Origin: Ostrea edulis
Taxonomy: Eukaryota
Direction of reading: 5' to 3'
DNA length: 64,000 nucleotides
Assembly (NCBI RefSeq): GCF_947568905.1
Contig: NC_079170.1
Span: 67,890,001 to 67,954,000, forward strand
How positions within the stretch are numbered: the stretch's first letter is position 1; the number at the start of each line of letters is the position of its first letter. The notes beneath the pieces were generated by a model. That model saw nothing but the letters and a program-made list of their open reading frames with translations. It was not told the origin of the DNA and did no database searches. The position numbers were made by a program, and so were the translations under genes. Positions 13,095 through 25,410 of this stretch are shown piece by piece.

Positions 13095-13533
13095 ATATCT
13101 CTCAACTGATTCGATATGCAAGAGCTTGTTCTACGTATAGTCAGTTTTTAAATCGAGGTAAGCTACTGACAAACTAGTTGATGGTACAGGGATTTCAACA
13201 GTCTCGATTGAAGTCAGCATTTCGCAAGTTCTATTGTCGTTATAACGATCTAGTTCGTCAGTACAACCTCGCATTGGGTCAAATGCTGTCTGACGTGTTT
13301 CATACCGATTGTTAAGCCGTTCTTGGCACACTGATTTTGACTGTGGATAACTCCGTTTACCTGATCAGGATATACGGCTCACGGCGGGTGTGACCGGTCA
13401 ACAGTGGATGCTTACTTCTCCTAGACACCCGATCCCACCTCAGGTGTGTCCAGGGGTCCGTGTTTGCCCAACTATATATTTTGTATTGCTTATAGGAGTT
13501 ATGAGATTGATTACTGTTCGTTATCTTCACCTT
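13095..13533 (+). mobile_element. Short Naiad-type PLE 3' copy (copy D) within TATC/TA microsatellite
   Basis: High identity to the last 430 bp or so of copy A. Flanked by (TATC)n/(TA)n on the left and (TATC)n/(TC)n on the right. Confidence 0.85.
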
Positions 13534-13642
13534 GCATATATCTATCTATCTTTTTATATATCTGTCTATCTATTTATCTATCTGTCTGTCTAAACATCTA
13601 TTTATTTATCTATATATCTGTCTATCTGTCACTAGGTCTCTG

Positions 13643-13694
<52 letters not shown>

Positions 13695-14778
13695 TCTCTC
13701 TTTCTTTCTCCGATGTAACCTACTAAGTGAGGACGTCATCACAATGTGTATATAATATATATACACATATATTATTCTTAAGGCAAAAATGTACTATATT
13801 AGATATAGTTATAGGGATACCTATGGAAAATTTTCTAATACTCCCTTTCGAATTTTGAAAAAAAGGTTTTTGAGAGAGAATATTAGTAAGGACATGTCCT
13901 CACACCACTGGTCCTCACAAAACTAATATTTTGCATCTACATCTTTCAGATGCTGTAGGTCACATTTATCAGGATGTAATTGCAAGGACATTTTTTGTTC
14001 TCCTAGTGCAGTTCTGTCCTCACAAGTTTGTCCATTGGTTGAAATTTGTCCTCACTTTACACGTTACTCTCATTATCTCTGCCTGTGAATTATTTGATTT
14101 TTTAATCATAAGTATTGAAAGAATAAATGCTTTCCCTAAGATATGAAATCAGAGGGAAAATTTGCTATTAGTATGTCTTATAAAATATCGAATATGGAAA
14201 AGAAAACTATCGCGCAACTTTATTTTGTCATTGCTTTACATATTGATTTCAGCTGACCATGCACGGGTTTGGACATTTCATAGTTTGCGTTCATGGTGAA
14301 CATCATACACGCACATATATCGCTCAGATAAACACTTTATCGACTGTAAATAAAATGTAAACAGATAATATGCTTTGTTGCTCTCGACCGTCCCATAGAT
14401 ATTGGAAGTTGACGATGGAGCTTAAGTTCCATAATTCCTACAAAGAATGCAAAATTAAGTATGGTAAACACGGATGCCTGGACATACCAAAGAAGGGACC
14501 TACTGACAAGTACTCCACAAACCCTTTTTGAACTCCTCAAATAATTTTATCGCACGTAAATGTATACATTCATCTTCTGACCTGCAAATCGTATGATATT
14601 GATAACGATAGGAATAATAGTAAATAATAATAATAGTAAATAATAATAACAATATTTATATAGTGCCTGATACATAACTAATTACTCTAAAGCTTTACAA
14701 CGGTAAGAAGAGGAAACCAACACTAAAACACAATCAAATGAAATTTAATGACAGTATGACATAACATCCCATATGTTG

Positions 14779-14812
14779 TGAGATTGATAACTGTTCGTTA
14801 TCTTCACCTTTC
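14779..14812 (+). mobile_element. Extreme 3' tip of Naiad-type PLE (copy E)
   Basis: tgagattgataactgttcgttatcttcacctttca matches the shared 3' terminus. Confidence 0.6.
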
Positions 14813-15530
14813 AGCTGTAAACATGTCAGTGAAATATAAATCAGAAGTATAACTCTCTAAGAATTAAGAAGCGGATGATAGGGTCCATGTTAAAATCAAA
14901 AGACGGAAAAGCAAATAAAGTTTGATCTTTTTTACTAGAAATATTAGAACTTTTATAATGATTTTCTTTTGCATCAGCAATATTGAAACTATTCTTCCAA
15001 AAGCAAATTTGTATGTTGTAAAACATAATAATGAGAATCTAGAATATGTCATGAAATTCTAAAACAAATTCCTGTTGGTTTTAGTATGATGAACAAACTG
15101 ACATATCCTTAGCATAACCATTGGACATTTGTCTATTACGTGACTGTAAATAATTTTGCCATTATCGATGAATTGTGCAATTCACAGAATTCATAGAAAT
15201 GTCAGAATATGCACGTTATATTGATTAATATGTTTACTGAGAAATGTGAGGTATCGGGATAATACTAACTATCATAATAAAAAACGTACACGTCACTGAA
15301 GAATAGTGACAGTATTAAAAAATAACTGCGCATGTTTGGCAATACTGCTAATTAACATATAAACCCAAGAGTAATAAAACTGAATGTTTTGCGTTATTTT
15401 GACTGTGTGCCAGAAATCTTAAACTGGTCCATTAGTTTCCTGATTCATGACGTCAGGGTATCGGATCAAAGAATGGAACTAAAAGGCAAAAATATTAGAA
15501 GTCGTTAATAATACAACAACCATACATGTA

Positions 15531-15536
15531 TATAAA
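15531..15536 (+). promoter_or_regulatory. Putative TATA box of the FReD gene
   Basis: TATAAA about 210 bp upstream of the ATG at 15745. Confidence 0.35.
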
Positions 15537-15542
15537 GCGACG

Positions 15543-15664
15543 GTAAGTCAGACAGGAGATAGTGAGGACTTCTGTTAGTCAGACAGGAGATAGTGAGGAC
15601 TTCTGTAAGTCAGGCAGGAAATAGTGAGGACTTCTGTAAGTCAGACAGGAGATAGTAAGGACTT
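15543..15664. repeat. Four tandem copies of a 31-bp unit
   Basis: gtaagtcagacaggagatagtgaggacttct at 15543, 15574, 15605 and 15636. Confidence 0.9.
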
Positions 15665-15744
15665 GGGTCTTTGACTGCGTGGTTTTCGAAACATTACTTC
15701 ATTTGATCTGGGCTAATAACTGTGTTCGTTCGCTTGCTGAGATA

Positions 15745-16045
15745 ATGAAAGCCATTACTATATTCATTCGCTGTTTCCCGTGCATTATTTTGGGTACTTT
15801 GTCAAAAGCAGATGTAAAAACCCAACGCTACATGATGAAATCTTCACTTGACGACAAGATGTCGAATATCAGCCTCATGGCAATACATCATTCGGAATCC
15901 CTCACGCAATGTTCCAGTATGTGTGGTCAACTTTGTGCATGCTTTGGTTTTAATCCCCAACTAAAGAGGTGCCGTATCCATCAGTCATGTGACCCAGCAG
16001 ATATGACCATCAACGAAACAGGATGGAGGAATTTTTATCCTGACG
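15745..16045 (+). CDS. FReD lectin exon 1: signal peptide and PAN/apple-like domain
   Basis: MKAITIFIRCFPCIILGTLSKA then SLTQCSSMCGQLCACFGFNPQLKRCRIH..C...GWRNFY. Phase-1 GT donor at 16046. Confidence 0.8.
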
Positions 16046-16159
16046 GTATGTTGTCTCACAAACCTCATTTTTGGAGTTGAAATTTCCTAGGTCATTATGT
16101 ACTCTGCTCATGAATGTATTACATAGGACTTTGGTGTGTGCTCCATCGCATCATCATTT

Positions 16160-16219
<60 letters not shown>

Positions 16220-17515
16220 GCATACAAACAGGTATATGCATATATACATGACAATTTTGGTTTTGTAAACCTCAAAGAAGATTGCTGACTTCATCGAGCC
16301 GGGAACCCACAGAAGGACAAATATCAAAGTTAAAATTGGAACTCTCCAATAAAAAAGAATTGCATTCTAGTTAAAACAAACAATCCATAGTTTCCAAAAA
16401 TGTTTTTTCCAGTTTAAAGGAACATTGAAACAATTTTTTTCAAGATTACGGATGCGCAAACAAATACCCCGCACAAAATAACAGTAAATTTAACTTTTCC
16501 AAGCAGATTTCCATCTGGACTGGGCCGACTAAGATGTGTTAGTACATGTTAAAGTGTAATTTGTTTTGTAAACAAAAGTATGGAGAGCTAACCTACTCTA
16601 TGAAAAAAAAACTTACTTCTTGAGTATACCTTTTAGCTGAGGTTTTGGACAAGCCCAGATTGCATATCTCTGATTCGAACACCAATTTTTCCTACTTATT
16701 TATTTTCTTATGAACTATTACACTTCCCACAATTATTTGTCTCTGGCATTTTATGCTAAGTTTTACTAATAACATGCAGTCTTAATGACGATCACAAGTA
16801 ATTGATTTCAACATGCAGCTAGTTAATAAATCTAAACAAGCATGGATATTGTTTATGTAAATGACATTTTACATGTAAATTACACTCAAAGAGAACAATT
16901 TCAACAATGCGCAAGAACTTACTTAAAGTTATCATGACAAAACCAAATATGCAACCTACTGGTGCAGACTGTCTAAAAAGCACAGTGAACTACAGCTCAG
17001 TACAAAAACAAAAACAAATCACATCTCTGTCCCATTTGTATTTGCTGGGAAATCTAACAACAAACGTGTGTGCTGTAACTGTAAAACCGGTCTCAGAGAA
17101 CTGGAAGAGGCAGCAACTGATGCCTTTATTATATTCGGTATATTAATACCAGTTGGTTGTAAATGTTGTTCAAAACATTTCTTGGGGAAAAACTGAATCC
17201 AAATGAAAGCATTAATACTTTACCATATTGAAAATCCTTTTCTACATTTGATTTGCACCACAAAACATCTGAGGTGTCTCATTCACATCAGTTAATATGT
17301 CAATGGAAATGCAGAGCGTGTACTGTTCGATGTTTCGAGCATATATGCTGTGTCATTTTGTACCTTAAGTACTCCAGGCATCAGTGTAATTATGTGTATG
17401 TTAAAAACCGCTTATCTGGTGATGATTTTGATCAAACATCCTTTTTTAAAGTATGATATATATATATTTGTTTTGAATTCTAAATATTTTGGACGGCGTT
17501 TAGTACGATACTGTA

Positions 17516-17644
17516 TGAAAGGTGAAGATATTGATTAATCTCATAACGCCTATAAGCAATAGTAAATAGATAGTTGGGCAAACACGAACCCCTGGACACA
17601 CCAGAAGTGGGGTCAGGTGCCTAGGAGGAGTAAGCATCCCCTGT
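17516..17644 (-). mobile_element. Short Naiad-type PLE 3' copy (copy F)
   Basis: Reverse complement of the shared 3' UTR, in FReD intron 1. Confidence 0.75.
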
Positions 17645-17918
17645 AGCTATTGTAACTATGGGTACCATCAATGCGAATTTTGAACTCCCAATTTGCAACC
17701 GGTGCCCAATCATGAATAGGCTTATTGTTCACCAACCTCTTTTGATTCGTTTTATGTTGTCCAGTAAATCTTGCAAATCCTTTACATTCTGATATGTTAA
17801 CAAACAAATGCATGAGTCGACAATCGGATCAAAATATCTACATCAGTATGTGCATTTATCAACACTACCTCTTAACATCATTAGTAGCAATCAATATCTG
17901 TTCATGTCTTTCTTTCAG

Positions 17919-18061
17919 TGCCGTATCTGCATAAAAGCTGTATGGAGATTTTACAAAGAGATCCAAGCGTGATTGGAAAAGATGGGGTATATTCGATATA
18001 TGTCAATGATGAGAAAACGAAAGTGTACTGTGACATGACTACAGATGGTGGGGGCTGGACG
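17919..18061 (+). CDS. FReD lectin exon 2
   Basis: ttctttcag acceptor. SCMEIL...KDGVYSIY...KVYCDMTTDGGGWT. Phase 1 to 0. Confidence 0.9.
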
Positions 18062-19261
18062 GTCAGTTCATAGAAATCACAAACACAATCAGTATGAATT
18101 TCTATAGAAAGTGAAAATAACGTTGTAATATTTAAAAAAAAAAATCCTCCAGAAAGAAACTTTGTGGGGAAAGTGCATTTAGGTAGGACACTTATTAATC
18201 TTAAACGTACGGTTCTATAACAGACCTCTCTGAATTGTACATCAAACACAGTGTGTTCAAATTGTGTTGCGTTGTACAGTTAAAGATAACATTTTAATGG
18301 GTCGGAATCACCTTTTTAAAGTCCAGCAAATATCAATTACACACGATTAAAAGATTTAACAATTTATATACAAGCAATTACAGCAAAATGAATCAATGGA
18401 TGAAAACTAACGTACAGTAATCAAATTTCCTAAAGCAATGCTCTATGTTGATTTACCACCTACAATGAAGTTGAATTCACATACGGGAATAAACGTGTTT
18501 AAGCGCTGTCGTAAATTGGTCATTAAGTACAGTCCCCAGTAATGGAATATCCAATATAATTCTACTATGTTGCATGTTACCACAAAAGTTAAAATGTATT
18601 TGAACAAAAATTGAAATAAAATCCTACAGAATTCTAGGTTTTGAATTTAGAGAATTGAAAACAAACAAATTGATACGTCACTGCATTTGAACTTTCCCAA
18701 GTATCGTTCTAAAATAGAACATTTAAAATATATTTAGGCGGCAATATCTAGTACAAACGTACTACAAAGTGATATATTCAAATTAAGCTGACTTGTACAG
18801 TCAAATGGATTATTTTAAAATTTTGTTGTTTTCACAGTTAAATAGGATAGGATCTTTTTTTAAGTTTCAAAGAATAGCGACAATTCTTATATATGTTGAG
18901 ATTAGTTTGATGCTGTGTTGTCATACCAAGTAAAGAGAATACAAACATAATTATGTCGTGGGGACTTGAACTTAATGCACTTCAACCAAGTGATCAGTAT
19001 CCTGCGTGTGTATAATATGTAGATTAGCCTCCCATCTACACTAAATAAAGATCTAGAAAGCATATAATCTATACGACTTTCAACATGGTCGGAAATAGAA
19101 AATGATAATTCGTATTAAGTGATGACGGCTTGAATTTTCTAAAATAATTTAAAACCGAGAAGTTATACGTTATTTCACTATTTGCAGTGATGCATACAAG
19201 AACGTTGTATACATTTGATTACCTCACAGAATATGGAATTTGTAGGTTATATATTTTGTAG

Positions 19262-19358
19262 GCTATCCAAAAACGACAGGATAATTCTACAGACTTTTAT
19301 AGGACTTGGGCAGATTACAAGAAAGGATTTGGAGACCCATCCACAAACTACTGGATTG
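19262..19358 (+). CDS. FReD lectin exon 3
   Basis: [32 protein letters not shown](G). AG/GT boundaries, phase 0 to 1. Confidence 0.9.
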
Positions 19359-19681
19359 GTAGGATTACTATTCATGTTACATGTACAACGGATGAGATAG
19401 AAAATAGATTGACATTGATTTATCATTGGTTAAATGTCGCCAATCATGTCAGCATATGGTCAATAAGTAATTCTAAGTATGTTTACGATATCATGAAATA
19501 TGTCTATCCCCAGGTTTGGTAGATTTATACTGGACCCTATCATATGCATGTACACGTAGCATGGTATGTACAGACAAAGCAAATAATTATGCATGAAAGA
19601 AGTGACCCATCTTGAATTTACATATCCTGGGGATAGTTTTATATTAATATGACCAATTAAGGTCCTGCTATTCTTGAGGAA

Positions 19682-19891
19682 TGAAAGGTGAAGATAACGA
19701 ACAGTGATCAATATCATGACTCTTATAAGCAATTCAAAATAGAATTGGGCAAACACGGACCCTTGGATATACCAGAGGTGGGATCAAATGCCTTGAAAAA
19801 AAAGCATCCCCTGTCGACCGGTCACACCCGCCGTGAGCCCTATATCTTGATTAGGTAAACGGAGTTATCCGTAGTTAAAATCAGTCTGTCA
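19682..19891 (-). mobile_element. Short Naiad-type PLE 3' copy (copy G)
   Basis: Reverse complement of the shared 3' UTR. Confidence 0.8.
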
Positions 19892-20171
19892 AGAATACAA
19901 TTTAAAGGATTTTACCCTATGTCCCCAGTTCATGCCTGGTTCTAACTGCCGCGCGATCCGTTACGAATGTGCCACCACGATTGACCATTAGCAGCTGATC
20001 GCGGAAGTTTTCTGGAGTTTCAGGTGTTGATACGAGGTGATGTGAGTTAAAACTTTCTTGTATAAATTATCGCGCTTTGATACGGAAATGTCATGATGCA
20101 TATATATCAACTGACACAATCTGAACAGCGTTAAGATGCGCTTACACAGGTTCTGAGATTATCCCGATCGA

Positions 20172-20435
20172 TCCAGTGGGAATCTGGGTTAGAATATGGC
20201 CTCAGTACCCTCTTATTTGTCGTAAGAGGCGATTAAATGGGGCGGTCCTTCGGATGAGACCGCAAAAACCGAGGTCCCGTCTCGCAGCAGGCGTGGCACG
20301 ATAAAGATCCCTCTATGCTCAATGGCCGTAAGTGCCGGGCGTAGGCTTAAATTTTGCAGCTCTTCACCGGCAAAGTGGTGACGTCTCCATATGAGTGAAA
20401 TATTCACGAAAGGGACGTTAAAACTATATTAAATG
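20172..20435 (+). mobile_element. Bivalve SINE-like element with Deu/Nin-like core, no tRNA head (copy 1)
   Basis: gtcgtaagaggcga..aaatggggcggtccttcggatgagaccgcaaaaaccgagg core and gggacgttaaa tail. A second copy lies at 59137-59400. Confidence 0.6.
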
Positions 20436-20739
20436 AAGTTCAAGATAGGACATCGATCTCATACGATCATAACGATCCGGGTTCCGATTTGGGACGATAA
20501 TGCACGTGCAGATACCTTCGTATACGTTACCATACGTTAATCATGAATAATATAATTTATTTATACAGGATTTCACAATTAGTTACATAAATTAGTTTAC
20601 ATCGTGGTCCTATCTATAACATACATACATGTCGAGAACATATATAACAAAACTAGGAAATATCGCAATTTATATACATACAGATAAGAACTAAATGAAT
20701 AGAGACAATGAACACACGAGTATCATTGAGGGTCAAAAT

Positions 20740-21310
20740 AATGTTTTGGATAGGCTGATTTAAAAGAGGTGGTAGTTATGCATTTTCTTATAAAATATGG
20801 GAATGAATTCCATAAAATTGCTGCTGAAATGATAAAAGATCTTCTAAAATATTATATTTTGGTTCTTGTAACATAAATAACATTAGTAGAGCTCTGCCTC
20901 GTATTTCTTGTGTTTACCTCATTCACAAATCTAAAAACATGCAAATACTATGTAGTCATATCATGTAAAACTTTAAATATAAGAATAATATTTCAATAAA
21001 TGAAATAGTCAATCAAAGGCATCCATCTTAAATTTGATAGCATACAAGAAGTTAACACTGAATGAGGTACTTTGATGTGTAAAATGATCCGCGATGCCCT
21101 CTTTTGTAATTTAAAAAGCCTATCAATAGCTGTCTTGTTCTTTGTATCCTGCCATACTGTACATAATAATTAAAAAGGAAAAACAGTAATATTGTAAATT
21201 TTGAGTAGTGCCTCCTTTGACATAGAAGTATTCAGTATCCTTAAAACACCTAGTTTCTAAGTTTTTTTTACCTAAGACATCTGTGTGATAAGACCACGTA
21301 AGACATTCAT
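20740..21310 (-). mobile_element. CR1/L2-group LINE ORF2 3' end, degenerate
   Basis: Minus-strand translation IDRLFKLQKRASRII...LRWMPL...FKVLHD...FRRSFIISAAILWNSFP...FKSAY. Confidence 0.7.
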
Positions 21311-22538
21311 CGATGTAAACACCTAAAAGTTTGGCACATTTGACATTTTCTTTAAATATTTCACCAACATTAATACAAAGGTTTCTACATTTCGATAATT
21401 TCTGTGACGTTCCTATTAAAATACATTGTAAATGTAAATCGATGTGCTATGTTGCGATATGATACGGTTGTGGTCGCGATGTCTTTCACGATCAGGATTG
21501 AGATGATCACTGTTTGTGCTAGCTACGAATGGACGCCGACGGGTATATATACAGCCCGACTGACCACTAGTTTCATGTTGTAACATCCAAAATAATTGAA
21601 AGACAACACACGGCCACTGAAAATGGTGGAAGTTGAGGTTGAGGACAACATGACTTTTGCAGTTTTACTGTATGCTCATGTTATAACTATATGGCAGACC
21701 TTCAGACATTGCAATGTAGCCTTTACCTTGTAAAAGATTCTGGAGGAGGAATAAAAAATAGGTAGATTTTACAGACAGAAGGAAAACAGATGACCAAATA
21801 AGCTCACTTGAGATTTTGCCACAGATGAGCAAAACGCATATTAAACTTAATGGTATCAGTAGGCAGGAATTTAAAAGAGTAGAATTCCGATGTACTTCTT
21901 ATATACTTGTACCGTACGTTTTACATGTATTACACTTTGTTTCGTAGTAACGACTTAATGCTTAATAAAAATAAACATTTTCAAATAATGATAGTTTGTT
22001 TCAAGAAGGTGACCTGATTAGTACACGCACAATCCGTCCCCAGGGCCTCCAGTTGACACATCCAATCATATACAGGAATACTCACTTGATACTACTTCTA
22101 CTACTGATAATACTAATACTAATACAATCTGTATAGCACGTTATATAAAACAAATTATTATAATGTGCTTAACACGGATGGGAAATTAAAAGGAATGCAA
22201 CAATAAAACACAATTAAATGAAATCAAAGGACAGTGTGACTTAGGCTACGAAGTCTTCAAAACAAAACGCTACGATTAAGATTGACAGCTAAAGTTTGTT
22301 TTCGTTTTTATGTAGAACACTATGCATTGTATCAGAAAGCAACAACATAAACATTAAGAAGATTTAGATATTTGCATTAAAAACGGTCATTGAACGAAAT
22401 ATATACTGTACGTATGGAGAAGGCTTAAAAAGTCGGGGAAAGCATTCTTTTTAATGGGTTTAACAGTCTCAAAAACATTAACACAATATCACGTAACAGA
22501 ATTAAGTTTATATCATTAGGGACAGAGAGATTAGTGGG

Positions 22539-22660
22539 TGCTTAAATCCATATCACATGTCTTATCAGCCCGAGTGGCCACATATCAGTCCGAGGATCGA
22601 AGTCCCGAGGGTTGATATGGGGCTCGATGGCTAATATGATATATGATATGGATTTTAGCA
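22539..22660. mobile_element. Small fold-back MITE
   Basis: tgcttaaatccatatca and tgatatggattttagca are a 16/17 inverted match. Confidence 0.55.
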
Positions 22661-23339
22661 TGTAATATTCTATTCATCATCTACTGCACTTTTTATACTA
22701 TAAGTCAATCTTGTATACATACAGTATAGTGTTTGGAGGGGGGGGGGGGTTAATCTGATATAGGGTTTGATGGCTGATTTAGTTGATGGTACTATTCTTT
22801 TTATCACATGCGGGATGATTGATTGCCTTTAAATTAAAGATAGATCAAGAAATATTTCATACATTGCCTACCTTGATTTACTATGGTAAAAACTTTCATA
22901 CACTGATTATTACGACCGAATACGTAATTTCCGTCTTGATATGTATTTTTGCAAGACGATCTGATATGTGATATGAATTTTCTGACATAATCATTTCCAA
23001 ATCTATGATAGAATTGAATATCATTAATAAGCAATCAAAACATCTAATATTCCAGATTGCGATTAAAAGATATAGATGCTTAGAATTTATATGCGAGAAG
23101 AAAAATTGCGCTTGCTTGCACGAAGCTGTTATGACGCAACGAATGTTCAATACCTGACCATGTACAGTATAGTGGGTAGTTTTTGTAAGCTTGGAATCAA
23201 ACATGCCCTAAAGTTTTAGAGTAAAAAATTAAAAAAAATAATTTCGTGTGAAAAGTTTATTTTGAACATCTCTTTAACAAACTGAATATAATGTAACTTC
23301 TGTCCATGCACCAATGTTCTTTTTTTATTTCTTAAACAG

Positions 23340-23501
23340 GAAACGATGTAATTCACTATTTAACAAAGACAAATCAGGAACTACGAGTGGAGCTGTTGAG
23401 TTTTGATGACGAGAAAGCATACGCCCTGTACTCCACATTCCAAGTTGGAAACGAGAGCAGTAAATACCAGCTTACAGTATCGGAGTATTCAGGAACAGCG
23501 G
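23340..23501 (+). CDS. FReD lectin exon 4
   Basis: (G)NDVIHYLTKTNQELRVELLSFDDEKAYALYSTFQVGNESSKYQLTVSEYSGTA(G). Phase 1 to 1, GTAAG donor. Confidence 0.9.
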
Positions 23502-23884
23502 GTAAGAATGTTTTACATATCATCATGACTCGCCACAAAACAAAGCACATTCACATCACACACACAATATCCTAAACATGAATTTAATATCCAATGGTTA
23601 CATGCAATGCTGCGGATTTCAATGGTATGTAACAAATTGTCACATACCGTGCGGGGACTGCACCTTTTTTTGGTTTTGGGTGATTCCGGAGAAAAACGAA
23701 ATCTTGTAGATTCATTTTAATCCTTGTCTTCGTGAGTAGATATGTATGTAAGACTTTCATGTAAACCCGCCTCAATATTTGTCTAATCGTGACCTTATTT
23801 GCCGTGGAGAAAAATCAGCAGCCATAACGGTAATCATTACCAGACTCCAACATTATTCTTGGGAACATATCATTTTGGTACCTT

Positions 23885-24235
23885 GTTTCCGTCTGTCTGT
23901 CTGTCTTCTGTCCATCGGCTTGTCTTTCTGTCTCCCTGTCTTCTGTATATCGGCTTGTCTTTCTGTCTTCTGTCTATCGGTGTGTTTTTCTGGCTGTCTG
24001 CAGTCCTGTCTATCGCTATTTCTTTCTGTCTTCTGTTTACCAGCATTTCTGGTTGTCAAGCTGCCCTCTGTCTATCGATTTGTCTGTCTGTCTTTTGTCT
24101 ATCGGTGTGTCTTTCTGTCTGTCTTCTTTATTTCGGTATGTCTTTCTGTCTGTCTGTCTTCTGTCTATCGCCGTGTCTTTCTGTCTGTCTGTCTTCTTTA
24201 TTTCGGTATGTCTTTCTGTCTGTCAGTCTTCTCTC
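23885..24235. repeat. Degenerate (TCTG)n-rich microsatellite
   Basis: tctg/tctatc/tctt repeats with a larger internal duplication. Confidence 0.85.
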
Positions 24236-24326
24236 TATTGACGTCGTATATTAACTTCATTCTTTCCTATTCCAATTTTACGAAAGCCCAATAGGCTCAT
24301 ATTTGAAAAGTGAAAAAAAAAATTAA

Positions 24327-24582
24327 CTCGTTATAACGAGCTAATTATCTCGTTATAACGAGTAAATTATCTTGTTATAACGAGTTCATTCTCTCGTTAT
24401 AATGATTTATTATCTCGTTATAACGAGTTAGGTTTCTCGTTATAACGAGCTAATTATCTCGTTATAACGAGTAAATTATCTTGTTATAACGAGTTCATTC
24501 TCTCGTTATAATGATTTATTATCTCGTTATAACGAGTTAGGTTTCTCGTTTTAACGGGCTAATTATCTCGTCATAACGAGTT
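24327..24582. repeat. Tandem array of 22-bp units built on the palindrome CTCGTTATAACGAG, with a 109-bp higher-order repeat
   Basis: gctaattatctcg restarts at 24340, 24449 and 24558. Confidence 0.9.
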
Positions 24583-24679
24583 ATATGGAAAGGTTTCATG
24601 GAAATCTGAAGTTTCTGGACAATTGGTTCTTCAGAGAATTTTGAATGATCCCATTCAATTTTGATTTAATTACATTTAA

Positions 24680-25410
24680 CTCTTTACTTGTGGACTACCC
24701 CTTTCCTCCTTATTGATGGACACTTTTAACTCCTCATCTTTCTTTACAACAGATGGACACAATTCTTTATGTGTATTCCTCTTTCCTCCTAATAAATGGA
24801 CGCATTTTGGTACATAATCTTTCTTCATTATAGATAGGCACATTTACCTCTTCATTTGTGGACTATACCTATCCTCCTTATTGATGGACACTTTTAGCTC
24901 CTAATCTTACTTTAAAATAGATGGACACATTTAACTCTTCATTTGTGGACTATACCTATCCTCCTTATTGATGGGCACTTTTAGCTCTTAATCTTACTTT
25001 AAAATTGATGAACACATTTACCTCTTCATTTGTGGACTATACCCATCCTCCTTATTGATGGACACTTTTAGCTCCTAATCTTACTTTAAAATAGACGGAT
25101 ACATGTACCTCTTCATTTGTGGACTATACCCATCCTCCTTATTGATGGACACTTTTAGCTCCTAATCTTACTTTAAAATAGATGGACACATTTACCTCTT
25201 CATTTGTGGACTATACCTATCCTCCTTATTGATGGACATTTTTAGCTCCTAGTCTTACTTTAAAATTGATGGACACATTTACCTCTTCATTTGTGGACTA
25301 TATCTATCTTCCTTCTTGATGGACACTTTTAGCTCCTAATCTTACTTTAAAATTGATGGACACATTTACCTCTTCATTTGTGGACTATACCTTTCCTCCT
25401 TATTGATAGA
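24680..25410. repeat. 87-bp tandem satellite, about 7 well-conserved copies plus degenerate lead-in
   Basis: catttacctcttcatttgtggactatacc...aaaatagatggaca starts at 24841, 24928 and onward. Confidence 0.9.

Noticed and set aside
23779-24294. Hydrophobic ORFs resembling membrane proteins
   Set aside because: Translation of a (TCTG)n microsatellite.
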